Shown: piece after piece, positions 43,234 to 54,213 of the stretch | Numbering within the stretch: the first letter of the stretch is position 1 | Layout of the letters: the number at the start of each line of letters is the position of its first letter | Source of the DNA: a bacterium | GTDB taxonomy: Bacteria > SM23-31 | NCBI GenBank assembly: GCA_965249485.1 | Contig: OZ252239.1 | Span: 1,696,001-1,760,000 of the forward strand | Length of the DNA: 64,000 nt | Direction: 5' to 3' | Program-made: the position numbers and the translations under genes | Notes under the pieces: generated by a model | The model's database searches: none | The model's input: only the letters and a program-made list of their open reading frames with translations | Told to the model about the DNA's origin: nothing

Positions 43234-45234
43234 TTAATTACTCCGCCTTTCTTTTGGATTTTGGGATAAACTAACGACCTCAACGATTTTATCTGGTGGT
43301 CCAAGGACAAAAAGTTCATCGTTAGCGTAAAAAGGCATGTTTACATCCAAATTGGATAGTATATTTGAGTTTCGACGTATTGCCAAAACTGTAACTCCAT
43401 ATTTCATTCTCAGTCCGATTTCAGCTAAACTTTTTCCAACAAAAGGTGATTTTTCAACAATCCTCAATGTACTTATTTCAACATCGGGAAGCTGAAGGTG
43501 TAAATCGGAAAAAAATGACGATTCTTTTGATAGGCTTCGAAACATTTCGTAACCATCTGATCGTATTTCAGCTACCAACGCTTCGATTTCATCTCTTGGA
43601 ATAAGATATTTAGCCAAAACCCGGGTGAAAATCTCCACTGATGTCTCAAACTCTTCCGGAATGACTTCGCTAGCTCCTAACTCATACAAAGGCTTCATCT
43701 CTTGGAGATAACGGCTCCTTACAATTAAATGCACCTTTGGATTAAGTCTCCGAATGATTTTGGTAATTCTACGGGTTGACGCCGGATCATTAATTGCAAT
43801 TACAACTATTCTCGCATCTTTGATGTTTGCATGCTGAAGTACGACCTCCTGTGTTGAATCGCCATAATAAATTGGTTCCCCCTGTGCTTGTCCGCTCCTC
43901 ACAGTTTCAGGATTCACTTCAATGACTGCATAAGGGATATCTGATAACCTTGCGGCTCGTGCTACATTTTTACCATTGACTCCGAAGCCGATTATAATAA
44001 GGTGGTCTTTCTTATCCTTAACCTTTATCTTTGAAACAGGATAAAAACCCGATATTAACCTTTTTGGAAGCGGCAACCGCAGGATAATATCGGCTGCGCG
44101 TGGCGCCAGTGTTATAATGAATGGTGTCGCCGCCATGCTCAGTACAGAGAAAGCCAGAAACAACTGATAATTATTTCCGGCAAGCAAACCATGTTCAACA
44201 CCGGTCCTGGATAGAATGAAAGAAAATTCACCAACCTGACTGAGTGCAAGGCCAACGAGGATTGAAGTACGTAAAGAGAATCCTAATAAAACTGTTGCAA
44301 AACAGGCAATCATAGATTTTAAAACCAAAACTCCCAAAGCTATCAGCGCAATGGTTCCCGGTTGCTGGAAAAGGAAGCCCACATCCAGCAGCATACCAAT
44401 GGAAACGAAAAAGAAGCTTGTAAAGACATCCCGAAAGGGTAATATATTTCCAAGTGCCTGATGGCTGTATTCAGATTCGGAAATGATCAAGCCTGCTAAA
44501 AAAGCGCCCAAGGCAAGAGAAAGACCCGCACTGGAAGTTAGCCACGCAACTCCGAGGCAAATTGCAACTATGCTCAAATTGAATAGTTCTTTGCTCTTTG
44601 TCCGGGTGATTTGATACAATACCTGTGGTACAATCCATTTAGTGCTGACGAACACCAGCCCGATAATTCCAATTCCTTTGGCAATAAGAATGAGGACAGA
44701 TTCACCTGAATTCCCTGTTGCACCAGCCAGTAGCGGGGTGACCAAGATCATAGGAACAATAATAATGTCCTGAAAAATCAGGATGCCAAGAGTCGTACGC
44801 CCATGTGGACTATCAACTTCGGCTCTTTCTTGGATTAGTCTAAGTACAATCGCTGTGCTACTCAGGGCTACGAGAAATCCGATAAAGACCGCTTCACTAA
44901 AAGCTTGGTCAAACCGCCTTGCTATGAAAAGAGTAGCACCAAAGGTCAGCAACACCTGAAGCGAGCCACCCATCAGGATAGACTTCCTGATTTGTAGCAA
45001 CCTTTCAAATGAGAACTCGATTCCGATGGTAAAAAGCAATAACACAATACCGATTTCAGCAAAAATTTCAACTTCATGAACTGCCTTTATCAGCCCAAAT
45101 CCGTATGGCCCGATGAGTATTCCCGTGAGGAGGAATCCCACAACCTCCGGCACGCGCAGTCGATGGCATATAAAGAGAACCGCAATAGCCAGTCCAAATA
45201 TAACGACAATGTCATTTAGCAACTGTAGTTCCAT
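43234..45234 (-). CDS. CPA2/Kef-type cation:proton antiporter with TrkA-N and TrkA-C domains
   Basis: LLFTIGIEF, LSSTAIV, ILIFQD, LGAFLAG, SQVGEFSF, IIGFG.NG, YGDST. Confidence 0.93.
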   Translation of the reverse strand: MELQLLNDIVVIFGLAIAVLFICHRLRVPEVVGFLLTGILIGPYGFGLIKAVHEVEIFAEIGIVLLLFTIGIEFSFERLLQIRKSILMGGSLQVLLTFGATLFIARRFDQAFSEAVFIGFLVALSSTAIVLRLIQERAEVDSPHGRTTLGILIFQDIIIVPMILVTPLLAGATGNSGESVLILIAKGIGIIGLVFVSTKWIVPQVLYQITRTKSKELFNLSIVAICLGVAWLTSSAGLSLALGAFLAGLIISESEYSHQALGNILPFRDVFTSFFFVSIGMLLDVGFLFQQPGTIALIALGVLVLKSMIACFATVLLGFSLRTSILVGLALSQVGEFSFILSRTGVEHGLLAGNNYQLFLAFSVLSMAATPFIITLAPRAADIILRLPLPKRLISGFYPVSKIKVKDKKDHLIIIGFGVNGKNVARAARLSDIPYAVIEVNPETVRSGQAQGEPIYYGDSTQEVVLQHANIKDARIVVIAINDPASTRRITKIIRRLNPKVHLIVRSRYLQEMKPLYELGASEVIPEEFETSVEIFTRVLAKYLIPRDEIEALVAEIRSDGYEMFRSLSKESSFFSDLHLQLPDVEISTLRIVEKSPFVGKSLAEIGLRMKYGVTVLAIRRNSNILSNLDVNMPFYANDELFVLGPPDKIVEVVSLSQNPKERRSN

Positions 45235-45330
45235 AATCTAATTTACCTTCTAATACATATCGAAAAGCTTAAAGCAATAAGACGCGCAATGCATATCACT
45301 TCTTTCTCTTTGCACGAGGCGCCTAACTAT

Positions 45331-45700
45331 TGTACATCGTCAGATCATGTTGGAGTAATTTGATTAAAAGTTAAGTGATACATTAAATCAATGCAAGTGT
45401 TTTTGATTCACCTCATTCAGTAAGTTGTTTATCCAGATAACTCTCTACCAACATATAGACAGCTATTCACAACGTATCTGCCTGCAAGGGCGATTTATAC
45501 CGAATGGATGGAAGGGGAGAGAGTCGAAAAAACTGGGAAAATCAAAATTACCTGAATGGACACATTCCAATGCGGATTGATGCTGGGTGACGGGTCAAAA
45601 TATTTTCCATATAAAGATTGGAATGAAGGTCGGGTTGGATGCGGAGAAGTTAGTGAGTAGAAAAATGTTGATTTGTGCTATCGAAACTATAGGGAAAGCA
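45331..45700 (+). mobile_element. Family A end (left orientation) followed by B/C1 repeat
   Basis: TGTACATCGTCAGATCATGTTGGAG...CAGATAACTCTCTACCAACATATAG...GAGTCGAAAAAACTGGG. Confidence 0.75.
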
Positions 45701-45701
45701 A

Positions 45702-46521
45702 TTATGATCGCGCGAGTACATTTATCAGTTTATCGCAACCACCGTTTTTTATAAATTCCGTGTGATCGTCAATGGTTTTAAAACACTGTCCTGATATTTT
45801 ATTACACAAAATTTCATGATCAGTCGTGTCATAGAACGCTTTCAATGTGTCTTTCGCGCTTGGATTACCAAAAGCAGATTTCCCGGTGTGTTTTTTACAC
45901 CATGCGATAGTATTCATCCATATCGCAGCGCTCAGCGCCACAAGCGTTACCGCTCAAACCAAGGCCTCCGGCAAATCCGGCAACCATAACCATTTCTTCA
46001 TCAGTAGCTCCCATTTTTTTGGCAACTTCGGAAGCGCAGCTTATTGGCAGTTACGGTATATCAGTTTGTTCACGGGATAATCCTTCGGTCGCTGACTGGA
46101 TCGCTTACGGAGCCCATTTTTCCGCGAGTTTAAAGCAGTATAGAAATCTGCCGGAGAAAAAGTATTTCGCCATACTAAGTTTACTTGACCAATCATAATT
46201 AGATATTGCCAGACAGTTGACGCTCTTTGCCCTGTTTGAAAATGATTCCATGAGGTGTTTCGTTGCCGTTATGGCTATTCCGATGGCGTGACCACGGTCA
46301 TCGTTCTGGCGAAAGGATTCCGCTCCTACAGCCAATGCAGACCCCCAAAGCATTCCGCATTGATATCCTTGTTGCATTAATCCACCCGCTAATGGGTCCG
46401 CGGCACGCTCTTCAATTTCGAGTGGATAACCGAATTCGCGGTTTAATATATAAAAGAAAGTACGAGAGCACGTACCAAATTTTAGAAATAATCTTTTGGC
46501 GTCTTGTTTAATCGCTTTCAT
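45702..46521 (-). pseudogene. C-GCAxxG-C-C family (putative redox-active) protein, two-domain, interrupted
   Basis: GTCSRTFF, GYQCGMLWG, ISCASEVA, AGFAGGLGLSGNACG; two in-frame TAA and a frameshift. Confidence 0.8.
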
Positions 46522-46640
46522 GAGTATTCCTCATAAATTATTTTGATTCGGTCATTTCCAGAATAATTTACACTAATCCATCCTGCCTGCAAGCTTGCAA
46601 AACCAATTTGAAACTAAGACTGCATGCTTGACAAAAATTA

Positions 46641-48211
46641 TTACTGCTTTGTAAATATTAAATGAAAGTTCACTTCTTCGCCGGGAAACTCCTCATCTTC
46701 ATCATACCATGTCAATGTCATTTGATTGCCTGAAACCGTATAGAGAGCAGTCCACGTTTCGTCCTCAACAAAGGTAATCTCATTTCCCGATGTACTCCAG
46801 GTACCGGATTCATTCACCGGCACACCCTCAAGATAATCGATAGAGGAATGCGTTTTGTCACTATTGAATGTTACTACCATTAAGTCGAATTCTTCTTTAG
46901 TTACGGTGAAGGAACCTGTTTCACCTGTTAAAGTTATTTCTGTTAAATCCCAGGTTCCAACTAAGTCAGGATCTCCCTCTACATCGATTAACAGCGGAAC
47001 GTGCGACCAGAACGGGTAAAGATCATTCTCAATAGTATCCGTCAGTTTTGTTTCATTTGTGCCGTCAGCATTCATCACGTAGATGTCAGCATCTCCATCT
47101 GCGCCTGACATGAAAGCAATCTTTGAGCCGTCCGGCGACCAGAGAGAATACACTAAAAAACATCTCCTCCGGGACTACCCACTAATTGTGTCTGATTGGA
47201 ACCGTCGGCGTTCATCACATAAAGCCCATTACTGCCATAATATAAAATTTTTGTGCCGTCGGGAGACCAGAGGGGTGACGTATTAGATTCAAGATTATCT
47301 GTTAATCGTGTCTGATTGGTACCATCGCTATTCATTACGTAGATTTCCTGAAAAATATTAAACTCATCGTCTCTTGCTGATGAAAAAGCGATTTTTGTCC
47401 CGTCAGGTGACCAGGGACCAAGAATATCGTTATGTGTTGAATTATTAGTTAAGTTTCTCAGGATAGATCCATCAATAGTAATTACATAAATCTGACCGTA
47501 ATCAAAAATTCCGGTATTAGTATTTGTATCCGACTGAAAAGCAATCATTGTACCATCCGGTGACCAATTGAAAGGTTTTGTCCAAAAATAATCAAGATTG
47601 TCTGTTAATCGTGTCTGATTGGAACCATCGGCATTCATCACGTAGATTTCATTATTACCGTCTCTTTTAGATGTAAAAAGGATTTTTGTGCCATCCGGCG
47701 ACCAATACCCGCCTATATCGTCTGCGGGATTATTAGTCAGATTTATCTGGTTGGAACCGTCACCATTCATTACGTAGATTTCATCATTATCATCTCTTTA
47801 CGAGGTGAATGCGATCTTGTAATGATACTGATTTGACAATTCCATCACGGTTATCAAGACAATTTTGGAATCGAAATCTTCACCGTCTGATACAAAAAAG
47901 GTCACGCTAAATGACCCGGTCTGAGCATTGGTCGGTTTCCAGCTGAAAATGTTACCGATAAGATCAGCTCCCGGTGGTAATCCGCTTGCGCTGTAGGATA
48001 GCAGATCCCCATCAGGATCCGTTGCTGTTAACCATATCGTTAACCTCGCATTTTCAAAAATATTTTTGTTTCCAATGAATGCTAAAACCGGCGGATCATT
48101 CTGCGTTCCCACCGGATTTGTCGTAGTATTATCACTGCAGCCGAAGGTAAGGAGCCCTAAAGCAAGAATTACAGTTCCAATAAATGAACCTTTTACGATT
48201 GTATTATTCAT
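46641..48211 (-). pseudogene. Lipoprotein: Ig/He_PIG + TolB-like PD40 propeller + lipocalin-like domain, interrupted
   Basis: TFGC lipobox, ATDPDGD.L.YSASGLP, repeated WSPDGTKI...EIYVMN.DG; TAA at 47798 and frameshift at ~47155. Confidence 0.8.
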
Positions 48212-48436
48212 GGTTCCCCCGACGTATAGCGTTGATATACGTTCGTATGAAGAAATATAATTTTAGTTTGATCGGTGTGAAGAGGTAATCAGGACTTTGT
48301 ATGGGAGAAAACCTTCCCATGATTTTCTCAATTTTTGATGAGGAGTTTACGTTGCCGTGATAATATTTAACAGATAAATACAATTAAAGATATAACTATA
48401 GTGAGATACTCATAAAAATCTAACCTTAAATTTATG

Positions 48437-48523
48437 TAATAACTATAATATCTTCCTTTGAATACGATAATGTACGGCACGTATTGTCGTACATTACTCA
48501 GTGTATACCGTTATAATAACTCA
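48437..48523 (+). repeat. 87-bp direct repeat with hairpin (second copy 53647-53733)
   Basis: 14 mismatches in 87 nt by manual alignment; TAATGTACGGCA-N5-TGTCGTACATTA. Confidence 0.85.
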
Positions 48524-48785
48524 AACTAACCACCACATACAATTCTATTATTGGCAAGAATTGGCACGGTAACAATTGGTGACGTACCATTTCATTCCCG
48601 GAAGAGCGCGTCTCATTTATAATCCCTCTTGAAAATATCTGAAAAATTTCTGTAATAAGTTAAACTGAGTAGTATGTTACCTTTAGTCCCATTAACCACT
48701 CAAAGTTAGAATAAACCCTTGCATAATTCAATGTAATACGTATATATTTACTGTGTGAACAAATCCGCATGGAAGGAGCTGATTA

Positions 48786-49348
48786 ATGAAAAAGACTATT
48801 GTGCTAACCAATATTGTATTACTATCATCTTTAATAATAAGTTGTGCTACGACTCTTTATCTTCAACCCCATGTTTCTCCGATTTCTACGAGTAAACCAT
48901 TTGATTCTGATGCTGGAATAATTATTTCACCAATGGATTTGGAAAGAGAATATACGAAATCTTCAATCTTTGGAGGTGATATTAGAGTACCATTAGGGAC
49001 TCCATTCCGAGATTTAGCACGAGAGACCTTTACCCCCTTTTTAATAGAATATTTCTCGTTAGTAACAAAGATTTTTCAGTTAATCCCATTATTATTGAGG
49101 TTTCACTTGTAAGCTTCGATGTAACTAAAGGTCTTGATACACATTTAACAATTAACTGTGTAGTTAGTGATGTTGATCATATTATATTTACCAATAGTTT
49201 TGATGGGAGCGGTGTGGGGAGAGCCGGAGCCGGATTATTTAGTGAAAAATGGGCTCAAGAACAAATTCGAAAATTGGCTGAAGAGGCTTTTGTACAAGCA
49301 TTCAAAGCATTGCAAATAGATTTTGCTGATTTATTAAATAAAGGATAA
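48786..49348 (+). pseudogene. Lipoprotein paralog of 23538..24113, frameshift at ~49040
   Basis: Homology continues (GLDTHLTI, WAQEQIRK) to TAA 49346. Confidence 0.8.
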
Positions 49349-49540
49349 TTAAAAAATAGTATTGTGCGGTATCTTCTTAATGATAATGTTGACTATTGTA
49401 ATGGTTGTTATAATATTAACATGTAGTGATGAAACTGCAACACGAATGCCCTGGAGTGTAATGCAAAGTTCCTGGCATCTGTAAGGAAAAATGACTTGTA
49501 AATTCTAAAAATTTCCCTTAGTTTTCAACACGGTTTTCCA

Positions 49541-49561
49541 CCCTTGTTCTGACGACTTACA
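49541..49561 (+). mobile_element. Family A end, short (right orientation)
   Basis: CTTGTTCTGACGACTTACA. Confidence 0.5.
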
Positions 49562-49639
49562 CAGGGCACTAAAAGACTAATAATTACTGCTTAGGCAATT
49601 CTATTATTAATTCTACAAATCATTACGAGAGTATATACA

Positions 49640-52600
49640 ATGAAGTTTCGCGATATGCATGTATTGAGAATCGTTGCTGTATCAGCAATCCTCATACTGT
49701 CGAATAGTGTTCTTGCCCAGACAAATATAGACAGCCTCAGGAACATTCTTCTCCAAAAGAGCGGATCAGAAAAAATTGATGTATTGCTGGAACTTGCTTT
49801 TGAACTCTGGGGAATCTCTCCCGAACAGAAATTAGCGTATGCCGAACAGGCATTAACGTTAGCGGGAGAATCGGGAGATAACGAAAGAAAAATTAATGCA
49901 CTAAGAGCTATAGCTACTGTATACGAGAATAAAAATGATTTTACCACTGCATTACACTATTACGAACAAGGGTATACGGTTGCTGAAGAAATTGACCATA
50001 AGGGACTGCTCGTCAGGACGGGAATAGACGTTGGTACTGCATACCGGGAGTTAGGGGAATATGATAGAGCTATGGAATATTTACGCAAAGCCCTGGCGAT
50101 AACCGAAAACACGGAGTTCAACGAACTTGCCCACCTGGTTTTAACGGATATCGGAAGCCTTTATGACTATATGGGCAATTTCGAAGAAGCCATCCTTTAC
50201 CATCGGAATGCACTACAGATAGCAGAGGCGCAAGGAGATACACGTGAAACCGGTTACATTAACAAAGAGATTGGAAATCTATATGCCGGTGTAAGCCTTT
50301 ATGGAAAAGCTATGGAATATTACCTCACTGCTTTGAGAACAGCAGAAAAAGCGGAAGATTGGCCGCTTATTGCCGAACTATCAAATGATATCGGAATGCT
50401 CTATTCCGATATAGGCAATATAGATAAGGCGCTTGAGTACCTGCATAAATCAATTGAAATAGCGGACATGATCGGCGACAAGCAGGAAATCGCTGCAGCT
50501 ACCGAAAATATCGGCAACGCTTACGATAACAATGAACGTTTCGATATTGCAGTGCAATACTATCTGGATGCTTTTACGTTATATGAAGAGTTGAACTTAA
50601 AAGAAGCAATGGTAAGAGTTTTATCCTTTGCTGCCGAAAAGTATTTATCAAATAACGAACATGATAAAGTTTTAGAAACCGCTTTACAGGCATTGAAAAT
50701 AGCAGAAGAAATTGACCATAAGATAGGGAAGGGTGAGAATTTAATAACCATCGGAAATATATACTTCAATTTGGGAAAACCTGACGAATCGTTACGCTAT
50801 TACAAGGATGCTCTAGAAACTGTCAAAGACACCGGGGAATATACGAATATAATGCATGCTTACCAGGCCTTAGGTGAATTCTATGTAGAGCAGAAAAATT
50901 ATGATACGGGTATAGAGTATTTTCTAAAGACATTGGAAAGTGCTGAACAATCCAACGTTATAGTAGATATTATAGAAAGTTATAATATTCTCTATAATGC
51001 ATATAATGAAAAGGGCGATTACCGGAATGCAGCAGCGTATCTTTCACTGTATGTTGTTCTGAATGACAGCATGTTATCAGAGAGCAGCAATGCCAGCATA
51101 GAGATCTTGCAGGCACAGTACGATCTTGAGAGAAAGGACACCGAGATTGCGCTTCTTGAACGTGATCACGCCATCCATGAACTCGAATTAAATCGGAACA
51201 TACTTGTCAGGAATTCCTTTTTCGGCGGATTTTTATTTGTCATAATCCTTTTTGCAATAATCTATATCCGTTACAATGAGAAGAAAAAGGCAGAGAAGGT
51301 GCTGCAGTTGAGCGAAGAAAAATTCCGCAATATATTTGAACAATTCATTGACCTGTATTTTCGAACCGAAATGGGCGGTAATATTATTTTAGTCAGTCCA
51401 TCAGTGAAAAAATTGACCGGATATGATCCTGAAGAGTTGATAGGACATTCCGTCACTAATGTATACTATGATCCCTCTGACCGGAAAAAGTTTATCACTG
51501 AATTGAAAAAGTTGGGGTATGTTGATAATTTTGAATTAAAATTATTGAAGAAAAACGGCGAAGTTGCTGAGGTTTCAGTAAACTCCTGCATTGTTTTTGG
51601 TGATGATAGAAAACCAAAGTTTATCGAAGGAGTAATACGCAACATTACCGAGCGCAAGAAAATGGAAGAAATCCTTCGGGAGGCGCACGACCAATTGGAA
51701 ATCAATGTGCAAAACCGGACTGAGGAAATTAAGCAGACTGTTTCACTGCTTTCCACCACACTTGAATCAACTGCCGATGGAATTTTAGTCGTTGACCGAC
51801 AGGGCAAAATTGTCAGTTACAATCAATTGTTCTTACAAATGTGGGGAATTCCAATATCAGTTATAGATTCGAGAAATGACGAGGATGCTTTAAATCATAT
51901 TCTCGATCAGTTGAAAACCCCCGAGGAATTTTTAGAAACTGTTCAAAATTTATATAACCATCCATCGAAAGAAAGTTTTGAGATAATTTTGTTTAAGGAT
52001 GGAAGAGTTTTTGAGAGATATTCGAAACCACAGAAGATTAAAAATAAAATAGTAGGAAGAGTTTGGAGCTTTCGTGATGTAACTGAGGCTAAAGTGGCAG
52101 ATATTGCCATACGTGAAAGCGAAAAGAGACTTGCATTCGCTCAAAAAGTCGCCCGTCTTGGATCATGGGAGTGGAACATTGTTGAGAATAAGACAATCTG
52201 GTCTCCTGAACTTTACAAAATCTTTGGAGTAGATCCTGAATATTTTGACCCAAATGCCTATGAAAGCTTTCTTAATTGTATTCACCCTCTCGATAGGGAA
52301 AATGTTGCTCAAATAATGCAAAAAAGCATGAAAAGCGGAGAACAATTCGCAATAGATTACCGCATTATACTGCCGGATAAGACAATAAAGTTTATTAATT
52401 CTCATGGGAGAACTTTGACCGAGAATACTGGCAGACCGACTAAAATGACTGGATATTCACAGGATATTACTGACCGCAAGGAAACCGAAATAAAGCGCGC
52501 TGAAACGCTTCGGATAGCAGAAAAAGCTTACCGCATTGCAACCGTTGGTGCGCTCACTGCAGGTGTTACACACGAAATTAATCAACCGCTCAATGCCTTA

Positions 52601-53245
52601 AAAGTAACCGCTGATGGAATGCTGTATTGGGATAAGAATAATATTGAATTTTCGAAGAGTGAACTGATGAAAAATGTAAAGTTTATATCTAATCAAGCTA
52701 GTATTATAAATGACATCATCAAGCAGATGAAAGCGTTGTCAGGGGAGGAAGAAAGCAAAAAAGCCGAATTGGTAAATATTAACGATGCTGTAAAAAATGT
52801 TTCATTTCTTCTCAACGAACAAATATCGTCAAAGAATATTATATTAACAGAAAAACTTGATCCAAACCTTCCATATATAATGGGACAAGTAGTCCAAACC
52901 GAACAGATTATAATTAATTTAGTAGTCAATGCTATGAATGTATTGCACACTCGCACAATTGAAAACAAGGAAGTAGTTGTATCCTCTCGCTTTACCAAAA
53001 AGCGGTGCATGTTAGAAGTAAGCGACAACGGTCCGGGCATACACCCGGATAATCTGGATAAGATTTTCGACCCGTTTTTCACAACAGTTGAAGACCGGGA
53101 AAGCTTGGGGCTGGGTCTTTTTATCACAGAGCTCATAGCGAATGAGATGGGCGGGAATTTAAAGGCAAAAAATAGAACTGAAGGTGGCGCACTGTTTACT
53201 GTTTCTCTGCCGCAAGCTAATCCTAATAATGGAGAAGAAGTTTGA
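49640..53245 (+). CDS. Sensor histidine kinase: periplasmic TPRs, TM, three PAS, NtrB-like kinase
   Basis: Signal peptide, TPRs, AGVTHEINQPL, DNGPGI, FDPFFTT, GLGL. Confidence 0.92.
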   Translation: MKFRDMHVLRIVAVSAILILSNSVLAQTNIDSLRNILLQKSGSEKIDVLLELAFELWGISPEQKLAYAEQALTLAGESGDNERKINALRAIATVYENKNDFTTALHYYEQGYTVAEEIDHKGLLVRTGIDVGTAYRELGEYDRAMEYLRKALAITENTEFNELAHLVLTDIGSLYDYMGNFEEAILYHRNALQIAEAQGDTRETGYINKEIGNLYAGVSLYGKAMEYYLTALRTAEKAEDWPLIAELSNDIGMLYSDIGNIDKALEYLHKSIEIADMIGDKQEIAAATENIGNAYDNNERFDIAVQYYLDAFTLYEELNLKEAMVRVLSFAAEKYLSNNEHDKVLETALQALKIAEEIDHKIGKGENLITIGNIYFNLGKPDESLRYYKDALETVKDTGEYTNIMHAYQALGEFYVEQKNYDTGIEYFLKTLESAEQSNVIVDIIESYNILYNAYNEKGDYRNAAAYLSLYVVLNDSMLSESSNASIEILQAQYDLERKDTEIALLERDHAIHELELNRNILVRNSFFGGFLFVIILFAIIYIRYNEKKKAEKVLQLSEEKFRNIFEQFIDLYFRTEMGGNIILVSPSVKKLTGYDPEELIGHSVTNVYYDPSDRKKFITELKKLGYVDNFELKLLKKNGEVAEVSVNSCIVFGDDRKPKFIEGVIRNITERKKMEEILREAHDQLEINVQNRTEEIKQTVSLLSTTLESTADGILVVDRQGKIVSYNQLFLQMWGIPISVIDSRNDEDALNHILDQLKTPEEFLETVQNLYNHPSKESFEIILFKDGRVFERYSKPQKIKNKIVGRVWSFRDVTEAKVADIAIRESEKRLAFAQKVARLGSWEWNIVENKTIWSPELYKIFGVDPEYFDPNAYESFLNCIHPLDRENVAQIMQKSMKSGEQFAIDYRIILPDKTIKFINSHGRTLTENTGRPTKMTGYSQDITDRKETEIKRAETLRIAEKAYRIATVGALTAGVTHEINQPLNALKVTADGMLYWDKNNIEFSKSELMKNVKFISNQASIINDIIKQMKALSGEEESKKAELVNINDAVKNVSFLLNEQISSKNIILTEKLDPNLPYIMGQVVQTEQIIINLVVNAMNVLHTRTIENKEVVVSSRFTKKRCMLEVSDNGPGIHPDNLDKIFDPFFTTVEDRESLGLGLFITELIANEMGGNLKAKNRTEGGALFTVSLPQANPNNGEEV

Positions 53246-53649
53246 AAATCCTTCTGGTCGATGATAATATAGATTGTCGAAAAAGTAGTGCACAATTTTT
53301 GAAGCAAATGGGCCATCAGCTCAGTCAATGTGGTGATGGCGAAATAGCGTGGGAAATCCTTAGCAAAGAGCATTTCCATTTAGTTATTTCTGATATCAGG
53401 ATGCCCGGTATGAACGGAATTGAGCTATTATTAAAGATTAAAGAATCACCTGCGTTAAAGGGAACAGAAGTCGTTTTAATAACGGGATATGGGAAGGTTA
53501 AAGACTCTGTTACCGCAATTAAGGCAGGTGCGTACGACTACTTGTTAAAACCGATCCAGGTTAAAGAATTAGTTGCCTTGGTTGACAGAATTGCCGAAAA
53601 TAATAGCCTTTAAAAGGAGTATGATGATCTGAAAAGAAATTTCATATAA
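53242..53649 (+). pseudogene. Response regulator REC domain, probably truncated NtrC-type
   Basis: SDIRMPGMNG, ITGYG.VKD.V.AIK.GAYDYL.KP; continues past TAA as KEYDDLKRNF up to the 87-bp repeat. Confidence 0.65.
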
Positions 53650-53733
53650 TAACTATAGCATCTTCCTTTGAATACAGTAATGTACGACACGTTTTGTCGT
53701 ATTTCATTCCGTGTATATCATTATAATAATTCA
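53647..53733 (+). repeat. 87-bp direct repeat, copy 2
   Basis: Matches 48437-48523. Confidence 0.85.
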
Positions 53734-54213
53734 GATTCTTTGATTCAATTATCATTAAGACTTCCGCATATACACGACGCCTAATCCGGTCTCAAAGACG
53801 TACTACAGTGCCATACGCCGCCCTTCCGGAAAACTCTCCATCAGCACAAATAGACGAGCTATTCAAAACCGTATCTGGTTGCCGGGATGCCTGTTGCCGC
53901 ATGAAATAGGAATGAAATAAGAGACGGGATGTTAATTATGTGAAGGCTCTTCTGGTAGTTCGATTTGCAGATACTTAGAATAAAAATGAATGGATAGAAC
54001 ATGGTTGCGATTTCGAAGATTTAACGTGTTCATATTCAAAATCAGAAACCAAAACTTTATGCTTGTAAATGGAACTTTTTTTCAGGCTCACATGGTATAA
54101 ATAGTATAATCACGGTGCATATTTTTTCTACAGACGGTGACGGTGTTATTAAAGCAATTATTTGTTTAAAATAGAGATTGTATTATCTCTCTTTTAAGCA
54201 AAGGAGGCATGAG

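Noticed and set aside
362..53950. CRISPR array from the recurring repeats
   Set aside because: Copies are kilobases apart and diverged, without regular spacers; no cas genes.
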